The notes beneath the pieces are model-generated. The model ran no database searches, was not told the origin of the DNA, and saw nothing but the letters and a program-made list of their open reading frames with translations. A stretch of 64,000 nucleotides of DNA from Candidatus Zhuqueibacterota bacterium (GTDB lineage: Bacteria > Zhuqueibacterota > Zhuqueibacteria > Thermofontimicrobiales > Thermofontimicrobiaceae). A program made the translations under genes and the position numbers. Within the stretch, counting starts at the first letter, position 1. The number at the start of each line of letters is the position of its first letter. Location of the stretch: the NCBI GenBank assembly GCA_034506395.1, contig JAPDPQ010000003.1, positions 230,693 through 294,692 on the forward strand, in the 5' to 3' direction. Below, piece after piece: positions 38,604 to 47,808 of the stretch.

Positions 38604-39111
38604 AGAAAATACCACTTATACAATTTTGTTCGTTTGCTCTGGCAATAGTTGTCGCAGTCCCATGGCTGAAGGGCTTTTGAAAAAAAAACTCTACCCCATT
38701 TATAAAAGCAAAGTGCGGGTGGAATCGGCTGGTACTCTGGGCATAAATGGCAACCCGGCGACACTTCACGCCGTTACCGCAGCAAAAGAAAAGGGGGTTG
38801 ATATCTCGAATCACAGTTCACGAGGGATAACCGAGGCGCTCGTGGCTCGCGCCAATATCATCTTTGCCATGGAGGAGCATCACAAGGAATTTTTGGAACG
38901 GTATTTCCCTAAATACAAAGAAAACGTTTTTTTGCTCAAGGCGTTTAATTTAGGAGATAAAAAGCAGAAAAATCTTGGCATTCAGGATCCGATCGGCGAG
39001 GGACTGAGAACTTATCGTCGCGTCATCAATCAAATTGACCAAGAGCTAGAGCGAATTCTGCCTCAGTTAAGAAAATTAATTGACCAGACATTAGCTGAAG
39101 CTGAAAAATAA
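38593..39111 (+). CDS. Low-molecular-weight protein-tyrosine phosphatase / ArsC-like
   Basis: 'ILFVCSGNSCRSPMAEG' is the CX5R(S/T) P-loop, and 'DPIG' supplies the Asp loop. The start is chosen at MKDKEN. Confidence 0.85.
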   Translation: MKDKENTTYTILFVCSGNSCRSPMAEGLLKKKLYPIYKSKVRVESAGTLGINGNPATLHAVTAAKEKGVDISNHSSRGITEALVARANIIFAMEEHHKEFLERYFPKYKENVFLLKAFNLGDKKQKNLGIQDPIGEGLRTYRRVINQIDQELERILPQLRKLIDQTLAEAEK

Positions 39112-39129
39112 TCACCGCAGAGGAAAGAT

Positions 39130-40248
39130 ATGGGCCAGACAGGGACGAACAACAAGAAATTTGATGCTGAGGAGATCCATCGGTATCGGCGATCGAAGGC
39201 CCGGACCGCAGCGGTGCTGATGATGATCGTTACACTATTCAGTAGCCATATTTTGCTGGCCCAAAAACCCCAAAAAGCAGCAAAAAGTCTCCAAACTGCC
39301 AGTTCGGATACTGCAGCGAAAAAAGAGCGCCCGCAAACGTTGAAGCCCCATGCTCAACACCCGAGAGTGGGAACCAGCGAACCAAAGTTAGATGAGCGTT
39401 ACATTGACTCGGGCGACACATTACTGAGCGATGACAGAATTCCGATCCCGACACCACTCGATACTTCAAATAAAATTCTCCTGCCCGTCAATCTGAAGAA
39501 AGATAAATTTGCTTATTTCGATGCCTCACAATCCATTGACCGGATCGTTCCAAATTCCGCCTTCACCGTTGGCGAAAAATTGACTTTCGTGGTGCGCTAT
39601 GGTGCGATCGTTGCTGGAAGCGCAACCATGGCAATCCCCCAAGTCACCAAAATTAGAGGCAGAGAGGTCTATCAAATTGTTACCGAGGCTCGCTCCAGCG
39701 CATTTTTTTCAGCGTTCTATCGCGTCCAAGATCGAGTGGAATCTTATGTCGATCGAAAGGGCTTGTTCACCTGGCGCTTTCAAAAGAGCCTGCGCGAGGG
39801 CAATTATAAGGCCGATCGATTGGTCGAGTATGACCAAATCCACGGCTGGGCAGTCACCAATCAACGCGATAGTATGCGCATCCCCCCCTGCGTTCAGGAT
39901 GTCCTGTCTTCATTCTATTACGTCCGAACCCAGAAGTTGGAGGTCGGCAAATCCCTTTTCATTGACAATCATTCTGATAATAAGCTCTATCCCATGGAAG
40001 TAAAGGTGCATAAAAAAGAGCGAATCAAAGTGAGAGCAGGTGAATTCGATTGCGTCGTTGTCGAGCCGATCCTTCGAGCCAGCGGGTTGTTCAAAAGCAA
40101 AGGCAGGCTCATCATTTGGCTCACCGATGATGACCGAAGAATTCCAATTCAAATGAAAAGCAAGATCCCAGTGGGATATATTACAGCCGAGCTAAGGGAG
40201 ATGGAGGGAGTGATAGCGCGAAACAATACCAGGAAACAGGCGAATTAA
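39130..40248 (+). CDS. DUF3108-like secreted or periplasmic protein
   Basis: There is an N-terminal TM or signal (AAVLMMIVTLFSSHILLAQ). 'GEKLTFVVRYGAIVAGSATMAI' is typical of the DUF3108 opening strand. Confidence 0.55.
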   Translation: MGQTGTNNKKFDAEEIHRYRRSKARTAAVLMMIVTLFSSHILLAQKPQKAAKSLQTASSDTAAKKERPQTLKPHAQHPRVGTSEPKLDERYIDSGDTLLSDDRIPIPTPLDTSNKILLPVNLKKDKFAYFDASQSIDRIVPNSAFTVGEKLTFVVRYGAIVAGSATMAIPQVTKIRGREVYQIVTEARSSAFFSAFYRVQDRVESYVDRKGLFTWRFQKSLREGNYKADRLVEYDQIHGWAVTNQRDSMRIPPCVQDVLSSFYYVRTQKLEVGKSLFIDNHSDNKLYPMEVKVHKKERIKVRAGEFDCVVVEPILRASGLFKSKGRLIIWLTDDDRRIPIQMKSKIPVGYITAELREMEGVIARNNTRKQAN

Positions 40249-40343
40249 ATGCCTCCTTCCCACGAAATGACACCAAGTAATAGAGCCTTATTTTGTCATA
40301 AAAACGATCTAGCTTTGAAAAACGAGACGACTTAATTATTTAT

Positions 40344-40421
40344 GTCATGCCTGTGAATGCAGGCATCTTTTGATTTGTTATTTTTCAGAGTTAACAAGAC
40401 TCCTGAATTCGCAGGTATGAC
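40344..40421. repeat. Family-A palindromic MITE-like element, copy 2
   Basis: GTCATGCCTGTGAATGCAGGCATC (40344-67) and ...CTCCTGAATTCGCAGGTATGAC (to 40421). Confidence 0.6.
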
Positions 40422-40529
40422 ATTCATCTCCTCGCAAACTGGTCATTTTGCAGAAGCCTAAATAGAAGCGAATGAGAGAAGGATCCATTCGGAGATCTTT
40501 TTCCCTTAAAAGGATCATGGGATGTCGAT

Positions 40530-41474
40530 ATGTCGGATTATGAGCAAATTGATCTGAACAAGATCAGCACATATTCGATCGCACAACGTTTGAATAAAGT
40601 GGCCGTAACGGATTTTGCCAAGCCGTACCGACGCGGCGCTTCGTTCCAACAGTTTTTCGCATCGCTGCCAGGAATTTTGGTCAGCGCGGATTTCAAACAT
40701 TTGGTCCAAACAGCAGTCCAGGCACACCGTGATGGGCGACAGCTTATTGCTATGATGGGTGCTCATGTGATCAAATGTGGTCTTAGCCCGCTCATTATTC
40801 AATTGATGGAAGCTGGTATCATCCGCTGTCTGGCGCTGAATGGGGCTGGGATCATTCACGATTCTGAAATTGCCAACTGGGGGACAACCTCAGAAGACGT
40901 GGCAGAAGCGCTGCAAGATGGGAGCTTTGGCATGGCAGCAGAAACACCGGCTTTTATCAATGATGCTTTGGAGTCTGGGCACCGCCTTCGACTTGGTCTG
41001 GGGGAAGCGGTTGGAAAAAAAATTTGGGAAAGCGATTGCCAGTTCAAACATCTAAGCGTTCTGGCGGCTGGCTATCGCCTCAAAATTCCAGTCACCGTTC
41101 ATGTCGCCATTGGGACCGATATCATCCATCAGCATCCATCTACTGACGGAAAAATTGTGGGGGAGTTGAGCTACCGAGATTTTAAGATCTTTACCTCGCA
41201 AGTCGCAAAATTATCAAAAGGCAGTCTGGTGCTCAATTTCGGCTCAGCCGTCATCCTGCCTGAAGTGTTCCTTAAAGCGCTCTCTATCGCTCGAAATCTG
41301 GGTTATCCAGCTCACGGGTTCACCACTGCCAATTTCGATATGATCCGGCATTACCGACCACAGGTCAATGTGGTCCAACGGCCGACCCAAACTGGGGGCC
41401 AAGGCTACTATTTTATCGGCCATCACGAAATTATGATCCCGCTGCTGACAGCTGCAATATTGGAGGCGTTGTAA
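40530..41474 (+). CDS. Hypothetical protein, possibly with a deoxyhypusine-synthase-like (DHS-like NAD-binding) fold
   Basis: 'MGAHVIKCGLSPLIIQLMEAGIIRCLALNGAGIIHDSEI' and 'IPVTVHVAIGTDIIH' loosely resemble DHS family blocks. The functional call is weak. Confidence 0.35.
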   Translation: MSDYEQIDLNKISTYSIAQRLNKVAVTDFAKPYRRGASFQQFFASLPGILVSADFKHLVQTAVQAHRDGRQLIAMMGAHVIKCGLSPLIIQLMEAGIIRCLALNGAGIIHDSEIANWGTTSEDVAEALQDGSFGMAAETPAFINDALESGHRLRLGLGEAVGKKIWESDCQFKHLSVLAAGYRLKIPVTVHVAIGTDIIHQHPSTDGKIVGELSYRDFKIFTSQVAKLSKGSLVLNFGSAVILPEVFLKALSIARNLGYPAHGFTTANFDMIRHYRPQVNVVQRPTQTGGQGYYFIGHHEIMIPLLTAAILEAL

Positions 41475-41542
41475 AAATTCGGCGAGAATGAATTTCGGTC
41501 AAACTAGAAATTCGCTGGCAACCTTGGCTTTCAAAAATGGGT

Positions 41543-43453
41543 TTATGCTTCTTGGTAGTCACTGAACTGCAAACGATACAACTTCTGATAGCGCGGACAG
41601 GTTTTCAACAGCTCTGGATGCTTGCCCATGCCAACAATCCTTCCCTGATCGAGAACCACGATTTTATCCGCTGCAAGAACCGTTGATAATCGATGGGCAA
41701 TCACAACCACAGTCCGATTTTGGGTGGCCTGGTCGATCGCCTGCTGCACTTTTTGCTCAGACTCGGTGTCCAGGGCACTGGTGGCTTCATCGAAGATGAG
41801 GATCGGTGGATTGCTGACGACAGCGCGCGCGATGCAAAGCCGCTGCTTCTGCCCACCAGACAGATTCGCACCCTTCTGATAAAGCATTTCATCATATTTT
41901 TTCGGGAGCTTCTCAATGTACTCATCTGCATAGCTGATTCGTGCGGCCTCTCTGAGCTGCGCATCCGAAATCTCTTGCAGTGAACCGTAACGAATATTAT
42001 TGCCAACAGTATCGCTGAACAAGATCGAATCCTGCGTCACAGTCCCAAATAGCATCCTCAAATCCTTAAGATCGATATCTTTGATATTGATCCCATCAAT
42101 CAAGATCTCCCCCCGAGTAATATCATACATTCGCGGCAACAGGTTGACCAGGGTGGTCTTGCCAGAACCACTACTGCCCACCAAGGCCACCTTCTCGCCC
42201 TTTCGGATCTCCAGTGAGATATCCTTCAATACATCAGCAGCACCATCATATGAGAACCATACATTTTTCAGTTCAATGCTTCGATCGAATGTCTTTTTCG
42301 GCATAGCATTTGGACTATTCACAATTTCGGATCGCTGGCTTAACACATGAAAAATGCGTTCCAGCGACACCTGAGCTTTCTTGATATTCGCATATGCCTG
42401 GGTCAGTTCTTTGATCGGGTGCTGCATGGAAAAAACCGCTAATAGAAACGCGCTGAACGATCCCAATTGTAGATTGCTTCCTGGGGATAAGATCAGACTG
42501 CCCCCCAAAATGATGATCACCACACCGATCAAAGTGCCAGTTAATTCGGAAAGCGGGATATTGATGCCAGCGTAGATGACCGATTTTCTCCAAAATCGAA
42601 AATATTTCAGATTGATATCTTTGAACCGATCCAGCTCTCGCTCCTCCCGCGAAAAGGCCTTGACGATGCGCATATTATTCAGCACTTCTTCGATATCGGA
42701 GAACATATCGGAAAATTTGGATTGGATCCTTTTCGAGTACTTCTTCACTTTTTTGCCCAATAACGACAGGAGCAATGAGAAAATCGGAAGAATGAGCAAG
42801 CTGTAAAGAAACAACTGGGCGTTGATGGATAGCGCAATGATGATATAGACTGAAAGCAAAACCACATCTCTCACCACATTGAACAAGGGGAAAAGCATCA
42901 TATCATTGACAATATCAACATCAGAGACCATCCGAACGATGCTGTCGCCGACCTTATTGGCATTAAAAAACGCCAGCGATTGTTTCAGATATTTTTCGAA
43001 CATGGCGTTGCGGATCGACATGATGGTCTTTCCCCGCAGATTGGCAAACATGATCTTGTTGAGATAAAAGAAAAGATTCTTCACCAACGTAATGATGATC
43101 ACCGTGCCGCAAATGACATACAGCAAAAATAATGGTTCCGTATGAGCCATGATCTGTTTAAGCTGTTCTGAAATCGGTTTGAAATCAGCTGAACGAGCGA
43201 AGGAAAATAAATTGCCAATTTGCTCTTTAAGCATGCCGATTGTCTGAACTAAGGCATCCCAAAGCTGGGATAAATTATGATAAAGGGCGGGAGTGTCGTG
43301 CGGTTTAAAAATGTAGTCGAACAAAGGAATCACCATGGTAATTGTCACACCGCTCAATGCAGCATAACCGAACATAAAAATTAATCCCACCACCATATAA
43401 ACCCAGTGGCGGAGCATGATTCGAAATAACCGGGAGAAATTCTTCATCTTCAA
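41543..43453 (-). CDS. msbA: ABC exporter (fused TMD-NBD), MsbA-like lipid A / lipid flippase
   Basis: Six N-terminal TM helices are followed by Walker A 'GSSGSGKTT', the signature 'LSGGQKQR' and Walker B 'ILIFDEATSALD'. The gene lies next to an lpxL-like gene. Confidence 0.75.
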   Translation of the reverse strand: MKMKNFSRLFRIMLRHWVYMVVGLIFMFGYAALSGVTITMVIPLFDYIFKPHDTPALYHNLSQLWDALVQTIGMLKEQIGNLFSFARSADFKPISEQLKQIMAHTEPLFLLYVICGTVIIITLVKNLFFYLNKIMFANLRGKTIMSIRNAMFEKYLKQSLAFFNANKVGDSIVRMVSDVDIVNDMMLFPLFNVVRDVVLLSVYIIIALSINAQLFLYSLLILPIFSLLLSLLGKKVKKYSKRIQSKFSDMFSDIEEVLNNMRIVKAFSREERELDRFKDINLKYFRFWRKSVIYAGINIPLSELTGTLIGVVIIILGGSLILSPGSNLQLGSFSAFLLAVFSMQHPIKELTQAYANIKKAQVSLERIFHVLSQRSEIVNSPNAMPKKTFDRSIELKNVWFSYDGAADVLKDISLEIRKGEKVALVGSSGSGKTTLVNLLPRMYDITRGEILIDGINIKDIDLKDLRMLFGTVTQDSILFSDTVGNNIRYGSLQEISDAQLREAARISYADEYIEKLPKKYDEMLYQKGANLSGGQKQRLCIARAVVSNPPILIFDEATSALDTESEQKVQQAIDQATQNRTVVVIAHRLSTVLAADKIVVLDQGRIVGMGKHPELLKTCPRYQKLYRLQFSDYQEA

Positions 43454-43560
43454 ACTACCATCAATGTCTTAACTCGTTCAAGTGAATTATCAAAATTGGC
43501 AATCACAGTGGTGACTCGCTGATCGATTCCTCAAAAAACACGCTTAATCGGCAACAACAG

Positions 43561-43616
43561 ACTGATCACTGATTACTGATCACTGATTACTGATCACTGG
43601 CTACTGATAACTGATT
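43561..43616. repeat. Heptanucleotide tandem array (ACTGATC/ACTGATT), about 8 units; second locus
   Basis: The unit is the same as at 14925-14997. The array overlaps the last ~10 codons and the stop of the lpxL-like CDS (tail ...QLSVASDQ). Confidence 0.9.
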
Positions 43617-44519
43617 CCTCTCATCAACCGCCTTCGTCTTCCACCGTCGATGCATCCAGAACCATTGTTCTGGGTATTGTCTGATATATCGCTCCAGTAT
43701 TTTATTGTATTCGATGATAAATTGTTTCACGCCGTCGTCATTATCTGCAAATTGAGCGCTATCAGGAAAAGGTTCGAAATGGACTCGGATTTTGCCATCG
43801 GCCTCACGGACGCCGAACGCCATGACCACAGGGACCCTATGCTTAATTGCGATGATGGCTGGACCGGGATTGGTAGAGGCTGGTTTGCCCAAAAAATCGA
43901 TCATCATCCCCTTTCTGCCAGCATCTTGATCGATTAAAATGATGACCAGGCCTTTTTGTTTCAGCGCGCTCAATATTCCTCGAGCCGCGCCGCCTTTTAC
44001 TTTAAAAGGCTGCAGCCCAAGCCCCATACGGACTTCCTTGATCATCCCGTCGATCGCAAGGTTTTTTTGTTCTTTGAACACACAAAACGCTGGCATGCCC
44101 AGGTTGGCCACTGCTGCTGCCATATATTCCCAATTGCCGAAATGGCCAGACATTACAAATAACCCCCGCTGCTTTCTCCTCGCCGCCTCGAAGTGTTCAA
44201 TATTTCGGACGGGTATTTGATCCACGATATCAGCACGCTTCAGGATCGGTAGCCTTGCAAATTCCATCAACACGCGGCCGAAATGACGATAGTTCTTCCG
44301 CAGAATGAGTTGCAACGCTCGGGGGCTTTTATCAGTACCAAAGCAATCGCTTAAGTTCTGATACGCCACGTCCCTTCGAATCCGAATCACATAGAAGAAT
44401 AGATCTCCAATCAGATCGCCGATCCGATGGGCAAACTGAAGCGATGTATGTCTCGCAAACAATCCCACCATTCGGCTTAACAAATATTCCATCTTGTATT
44501 GGATCATGACCCCATTCAA
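43587..44519 (-). CDS. lpxL: Lipid A biosynthesis (Kdo)2-lipid IVA acyltransferase (LpxL/HtrB family)
   Basis: 'FVMSGHFGNWE' is the HX4(D/E) acyltransferase motif. The family-typical C-terminus 'YPEQWFWMHRRWK' is present. Confidence 0.8.
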   Translation of the reverse strand: MNGVMIQYKMEYLLSRMVGLFARHTSLQFAHRIGDLIGDLFFYVIRIRRDVAYQNLSDCFGTDKSPRALQLILRKNYRHFGRVLMEFARLPILKRADIVDQIPVRNIEHFEAARRKQRGLFVMSGHFGNWEYMAAAVANLGMPAFCVFKEQKNLAIDGMIKEVRMGLGLQPFKVKGGAARGILSALKQKGLVIILIDQDAGRKGMMIDFLGKPASTNPGPAIIAIKHRVPVVMAFGVREADGKIRVHFEPFPDSAQFADNDDGVKQFIIEYNKILERYIRQYPEQWFWMHRRWKTKAVDERNQLSVASDQ

Positions 44520-44532
44520 ATTTTTAAAATGA

Positions 44533-45450
44533 TCAATTCACCAGACGTTCGTCTTCGGTGTCCCACTGCTCCAAGATGCGCCGATTGCGTCGCCGCATTA
44601 GCATATATCCTGCTAAGAACAACAACAGAACGAATATCCAAAGATAACTATCAAAATCCACCAAAAAATGCCATCGATATTGGTGCTGTATGTATTTCAG
44701 CCATGCCTGTTCAAATTCCCAACGATCGAGGCCGATGTTATGGACCAATGCGTCGTCGAATGGCTCTCCTATTGCCAGATGGTTAATGATCTGTCGCATG
44801 GCTGCTGCACCGTAATTTTTCATTAAGAATACCACTGCCAGATAGCTTTGTTGGTAGGCTAATTGAGCCACATCGGCGCGGAACTCAAGCACGTGGTCAA
44901 TTTCATCCAGAGAGAGCAATGATCCTGTCAGAAGGGCGCGAGAGACCAAGCTGCTTGAGGCATATCGCTTTTCGCCAGAATAGTAAACGGCCAACCCCTC
45001 TTCGAACCAGCGAGGAATTGCTTGACCTTTTAACATCTGATGAAGCAACATATGAACCAGTTCGTGGGTTGCGATGCTCAATAATTCGTGCGGGGGAGTG
45101 CTCCAGGTTGGGGATTTGAGGACAATGATATTTTTGGTGGGAACGGCAATGGCATCGCTCCAATGAGGAGCGTACCGACCCACCAGAGCATCAAAAATCT
45201 GTTGTGACGGTGTTAAATAGACGGCGATAGTTTTTTCGAGCTTAATCCCCAATTCTTGTATGAGCTGCTGGTACGCCGATTCGAGGCCTATTAATAGTTT
45301 CTGACAAACTTTGATCTCGTCGTTTTGAAAATAACAAATGAAGTGCTGACCTGGCATCTGTTGCCAGCTCTGATGCAGAGCGCAATAGGGTGATGCGATC
45401 CCTACCAAAACTGCAACTATCGAGCAGCAGATGCAACGAACTTTCCACAT
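44533..45450 (-). CDS. Membrane-anchored MA-clan zinc peptidase-like protein (Peptidase_MA_2-like)
   Basis: 'IATHELVHMLLH' gives HExxH and a downstream 'WFEEGLAVYYSG' is present. There is an N-terminal signal or anchor and a C-terminal TM (LWIFVLLLFLAGYML). Confidence 0.6.
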   Translation of the reverse strand: MWKVRCICCSIVAVLVGIASPYCALHQSWQQMPGQHFICYFQNDEIKVCQKLLIGLESAYQQLIQELGIKLEKTIAVYLTPSQQIFDALVGRYAPHWSDAIAVPTKNIIVLKSPTWSTPPHELLSIATHELVHMLLHQMLKGQAIPRWFEEGLAVYYSGEKRYASSSLVSRALLTGSLLSLDEIDHVLEFRADVAQLAYQQSYLAVVFLMKNYGAAAMRQIINHLAIGEPFDDALVHNIGLDRWEFEQAWLKYIQHQYRWHFLVDFDSYLWIFVLLLFLAGYMLMRRRNRRILEQWDTEDERLVN

Positions 45451-45451
45451 A

Positions 45452-45847
45452 TCACATTTGGGTCTGTTGTTTGACCAATCGAATATACTCCCAGATCGCC
45501 TGCACCATCACATCCACCTGTTCTTTTATTTTTTTTCGAGCACATTTCGAGTTCACAAAAACACATTGCGATGCCTTGCATTGATAGAGGCTAAATGAAC
45601 AATGCTGTTTTAACTGATATTCAGATGATGGGGTCATCTTGCGGGTAATTTCTCTGCGATCAAATTTTTTGCCGCGACAGACGATCCCGAATTCCACGGT
45701 CTTTTCCCATAAAAATTTTTGGAGACCACTCACTCCATAGTCATCCAATTTATCGATCAAATCACTTACCTTCTTGCCATGAAACAGATAATAGATGATT
45801 TCCAGGCGGTCACTCAGTCTCAATTCTATTCTCGACTCCAGCACCAT
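45452..45847 (-). CDS. Hypothetical protein (131 aa)
   Basis: This ORF abuts the downstream gene with a 1-nt gap. It has no recognisable motifs. Confidence 0.45.
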   Translation of the reverse strand: MVLESRIELRLSDRLEIIYYLFHGKKVSDLIDKLDDYGVSGLQKFLWEKTVEFGIVCRGKKFDRREITRKMTPSSEYQLKQHCSFSLYQCKASQCVFVNSKCARKKIKEQVDVMVQAIWEYIRLVKQQTQM

Positions 45848-45963
45848 AAATAACCCGACTCCGTAAGGCAGGGAATTTTCCCTGCGCGATCATTTGCCGT
45901 CCGAATTAAGCAAAATGCCAATTGATAATTGAATCTGAACAAGCGAGCTTCAACTCATTGAGC

Positions 45964-46446
45964 TTAGGACGCTTTCTCGATAAGCATGTTGATCAGTAGC
46001 CGCATGGCATCTCGAGCACTTTGGGGATCATCGATTTGCCCGAAGGTGAATCTGCAACCAGCAGATAAGGGGATGCCTTCAAGTTGATAAAAGCGATCAG
46101 GGATTGGAGGATCTTTTTTATCTTTGATACTGGCAACAACGACAATCGGCGCATTAAAATTTCTGGAGCAATGGTCCAGAATCGATTTGGTAAATTCCAG
46201 CGCTTTTTTATCTTCCCAGTCAAAAATAATAATAAATCCCAGTGTCTTTTGGGACACCAGGTCTAATGAGCGCAAATTCAATTCGGCGCTAATCCCATAC
46301 AGGTGCAGCATCAAATTTTCATTTACTTCCAACCGACCAAAGCTGACGGATTTGCTGCTGAAATCAATACGCTGGCAAATTGCACGGACAAAAGCTTCTG
46401 CTTCATTCGATGCGTGACTGATGATTGCAACTTCCCCGATCCTCAA
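45964..46446 (-). CDS. Small Ras/MglA-like protein lacking a P-loop (putative pseudo-GTPase)
   Basis: The size and strand/helix periodicity resemble a small GTPase. 'VAIISHASNEAEAF' sits where GxxxxGK(S/T) is expected, 'LYGISAE' where DxxG is expected, and 'VVVASIKD' where NKxD is expected. Confidence 0.45.
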   Translation of the reverse strand: MRIGEVAIISHASNEAEAFVRAICQRIDFSSKSVSFGRLEVNENLMLHLYGISAELNLRSLDLVSQKTLGFIIIFDWEDKKALEFTKSILDHCSRNFNAPIVVVASIKDKKDPPIPDRFYQLEGIPLSAGCRFTFGQIDDPQSARDAMRLLINMLIEKAS

Positions 46447-46507
46447 AGATAGTCCCTCCCCAGTTCACCCACAGTAGAATTCACTTCATGCCTCATCGGT
46501 TTGACAG

Positions 46508-47734
46508 TTAGCTTAAGCGCTCCCGAATCATTAGTAAATCAGCTTTTGTCAAACGAATCTGATTGGATTCTTTCAATCGATCTTCACGCCGGCGGCCATA
46601 GCGCCGACGATCAGGGAGTTGCCTTCTTTCGCTGAATGGTTGCTCGTTCCGCGAATTGTCAATCTGGGAACTTTTAAACACATTGGCGATAATTGCTGCC
46701 ACCCGCTCCCGAGGCGACTTAGCTTGAGAAGCCTGTTGCTTGAGACGCGCTAAATAACTGTTGGTATAACTGACAAAATTCTCTTCAGCTTCCTCCAGGT
46801 AGCCCTTTTGATAGAGTCGCTTGATGATGGCCAATGATGTGACATCGCTAAAGCGGCTCTGCTCGATAATATCGGAAATCCTCTTTGCCCCATCTATGCT
46901 CGAAAGGATCTCTCTCTCTTCGTCACTCAAATCCTGATAGGAATTGACCCCAGTCCGGCCAACGATGGTGTTCAATGGCGGTAATCCCTTTTTCAGTTGC
47001 TCCCATTGATTGATTTCCCGCATTCCAGCGGTAATCAATTCCTTGTTGGATTTTTGAAGTCGTCGCTCGCGCTCCACTACGGTCATCTCCACCGCAAAAC
47101 TCCCAATATTCCAACTAAACATCTTCAGCAGCGCTTGCTCGGGAGCAAGATCCTCAAGCAATGCATCGATCACCTCACCATCTTTGACATACACAAACCC
47201 CTCGCGCGAGTCATGCGTCAATCTCACGATCGCTGATTTTTTGCCCAGTTCTAACGTCTGAAGTAGATCGACTAAATTCATTTCCAAAAGGCTGCCGGAA
47301 AATCCCCGCTCCGGTTGAGATTGCGTTTCGCTGAGCTGCGAAAGCTCGGCAAATAATGCATCCACGCGGGCGACCACTTCCTCGACGAAAAACGGCTTCG
47401 CAATATAGTCATCAACGCCAAGCTCAATTGTCTTGATGCGATCATCCACTCGTTTCTGATTGCTGATAAATATGTACGGGATCGATTTCAGGGATGGATT
47501 GGAGCGGATCTCTTTGAAGAATTCATGACCATTGAATTGGGGCAGCTCGACTTCAGAAATCACCAAATCGGCTGGCAGATTTTTCACCATTTCCATGGCT
47601 TTTAAACCATCCTCCCAGCATGTCACCTCATATCCGGCTTTTACCAATGCCGTGCGCAGCGGAACAGTGTAGCTTGGATCGTTATCAATGATCAAAATCT
47701 TCTTCATCTTTTCCAGATCTTCCATTTCCACCAC
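46508..47734 (-). CDS. Atypical response regulator: receiver (Asp-to-Glu acceptor) + DUF4388/PATAN domain
   Basis: In the REC domain, 'KILIIDND...ADLVISEVELPQFNG...IFISNQ...YIAKPF' aligns to CheY D57 as Glu. 'FSGSLLEMNLVDLLQTLELGKKSAIVRL' is the DUF4388 signature. Confidence 0.8.
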   Translation of the reverse strand: MVEMEDLEKMKKILIIDNDPSYTVPLRTALVKAGYEVTCWEDGLKAMEMVKNLPADLVISEVELPQFNGHEFFKEIRSNPSLKSIPYIFISNQKRVDDRIKTIELGVDDYIAKPFFVEEVVARVDALFAELSQLSETQSQPERGFSGSLLEMNLVDLLQTLELGKKSAIVRLTHDSREGFVYVKDGEVIDALLEDLAPEQALLKMFSWNIGSFAVEMTVVERERRLQKSNKELITAGMREINQWEQLKKGLPPLNTIVGRTGVNSYQDLSDEEREILSSIDGAKRISDIIEQSRFSDVTSLAIIKRLYQKGYLEEAEENFVSYTNSYLARLKQQASQAKSPRERVAAIIANVFKSSQIDNSRNEQPFSERRQLPDRRRYGRRREDRLKESNQIRLTKADLLMIRERLS

Positions 47735-47808
47735 CTATCAATCCGTCATCAAAACTTTCGGCGCTCAAATAGCTTGAATGCGAAAGGACTCCCAATGGCT
47801 CTTTCTTC

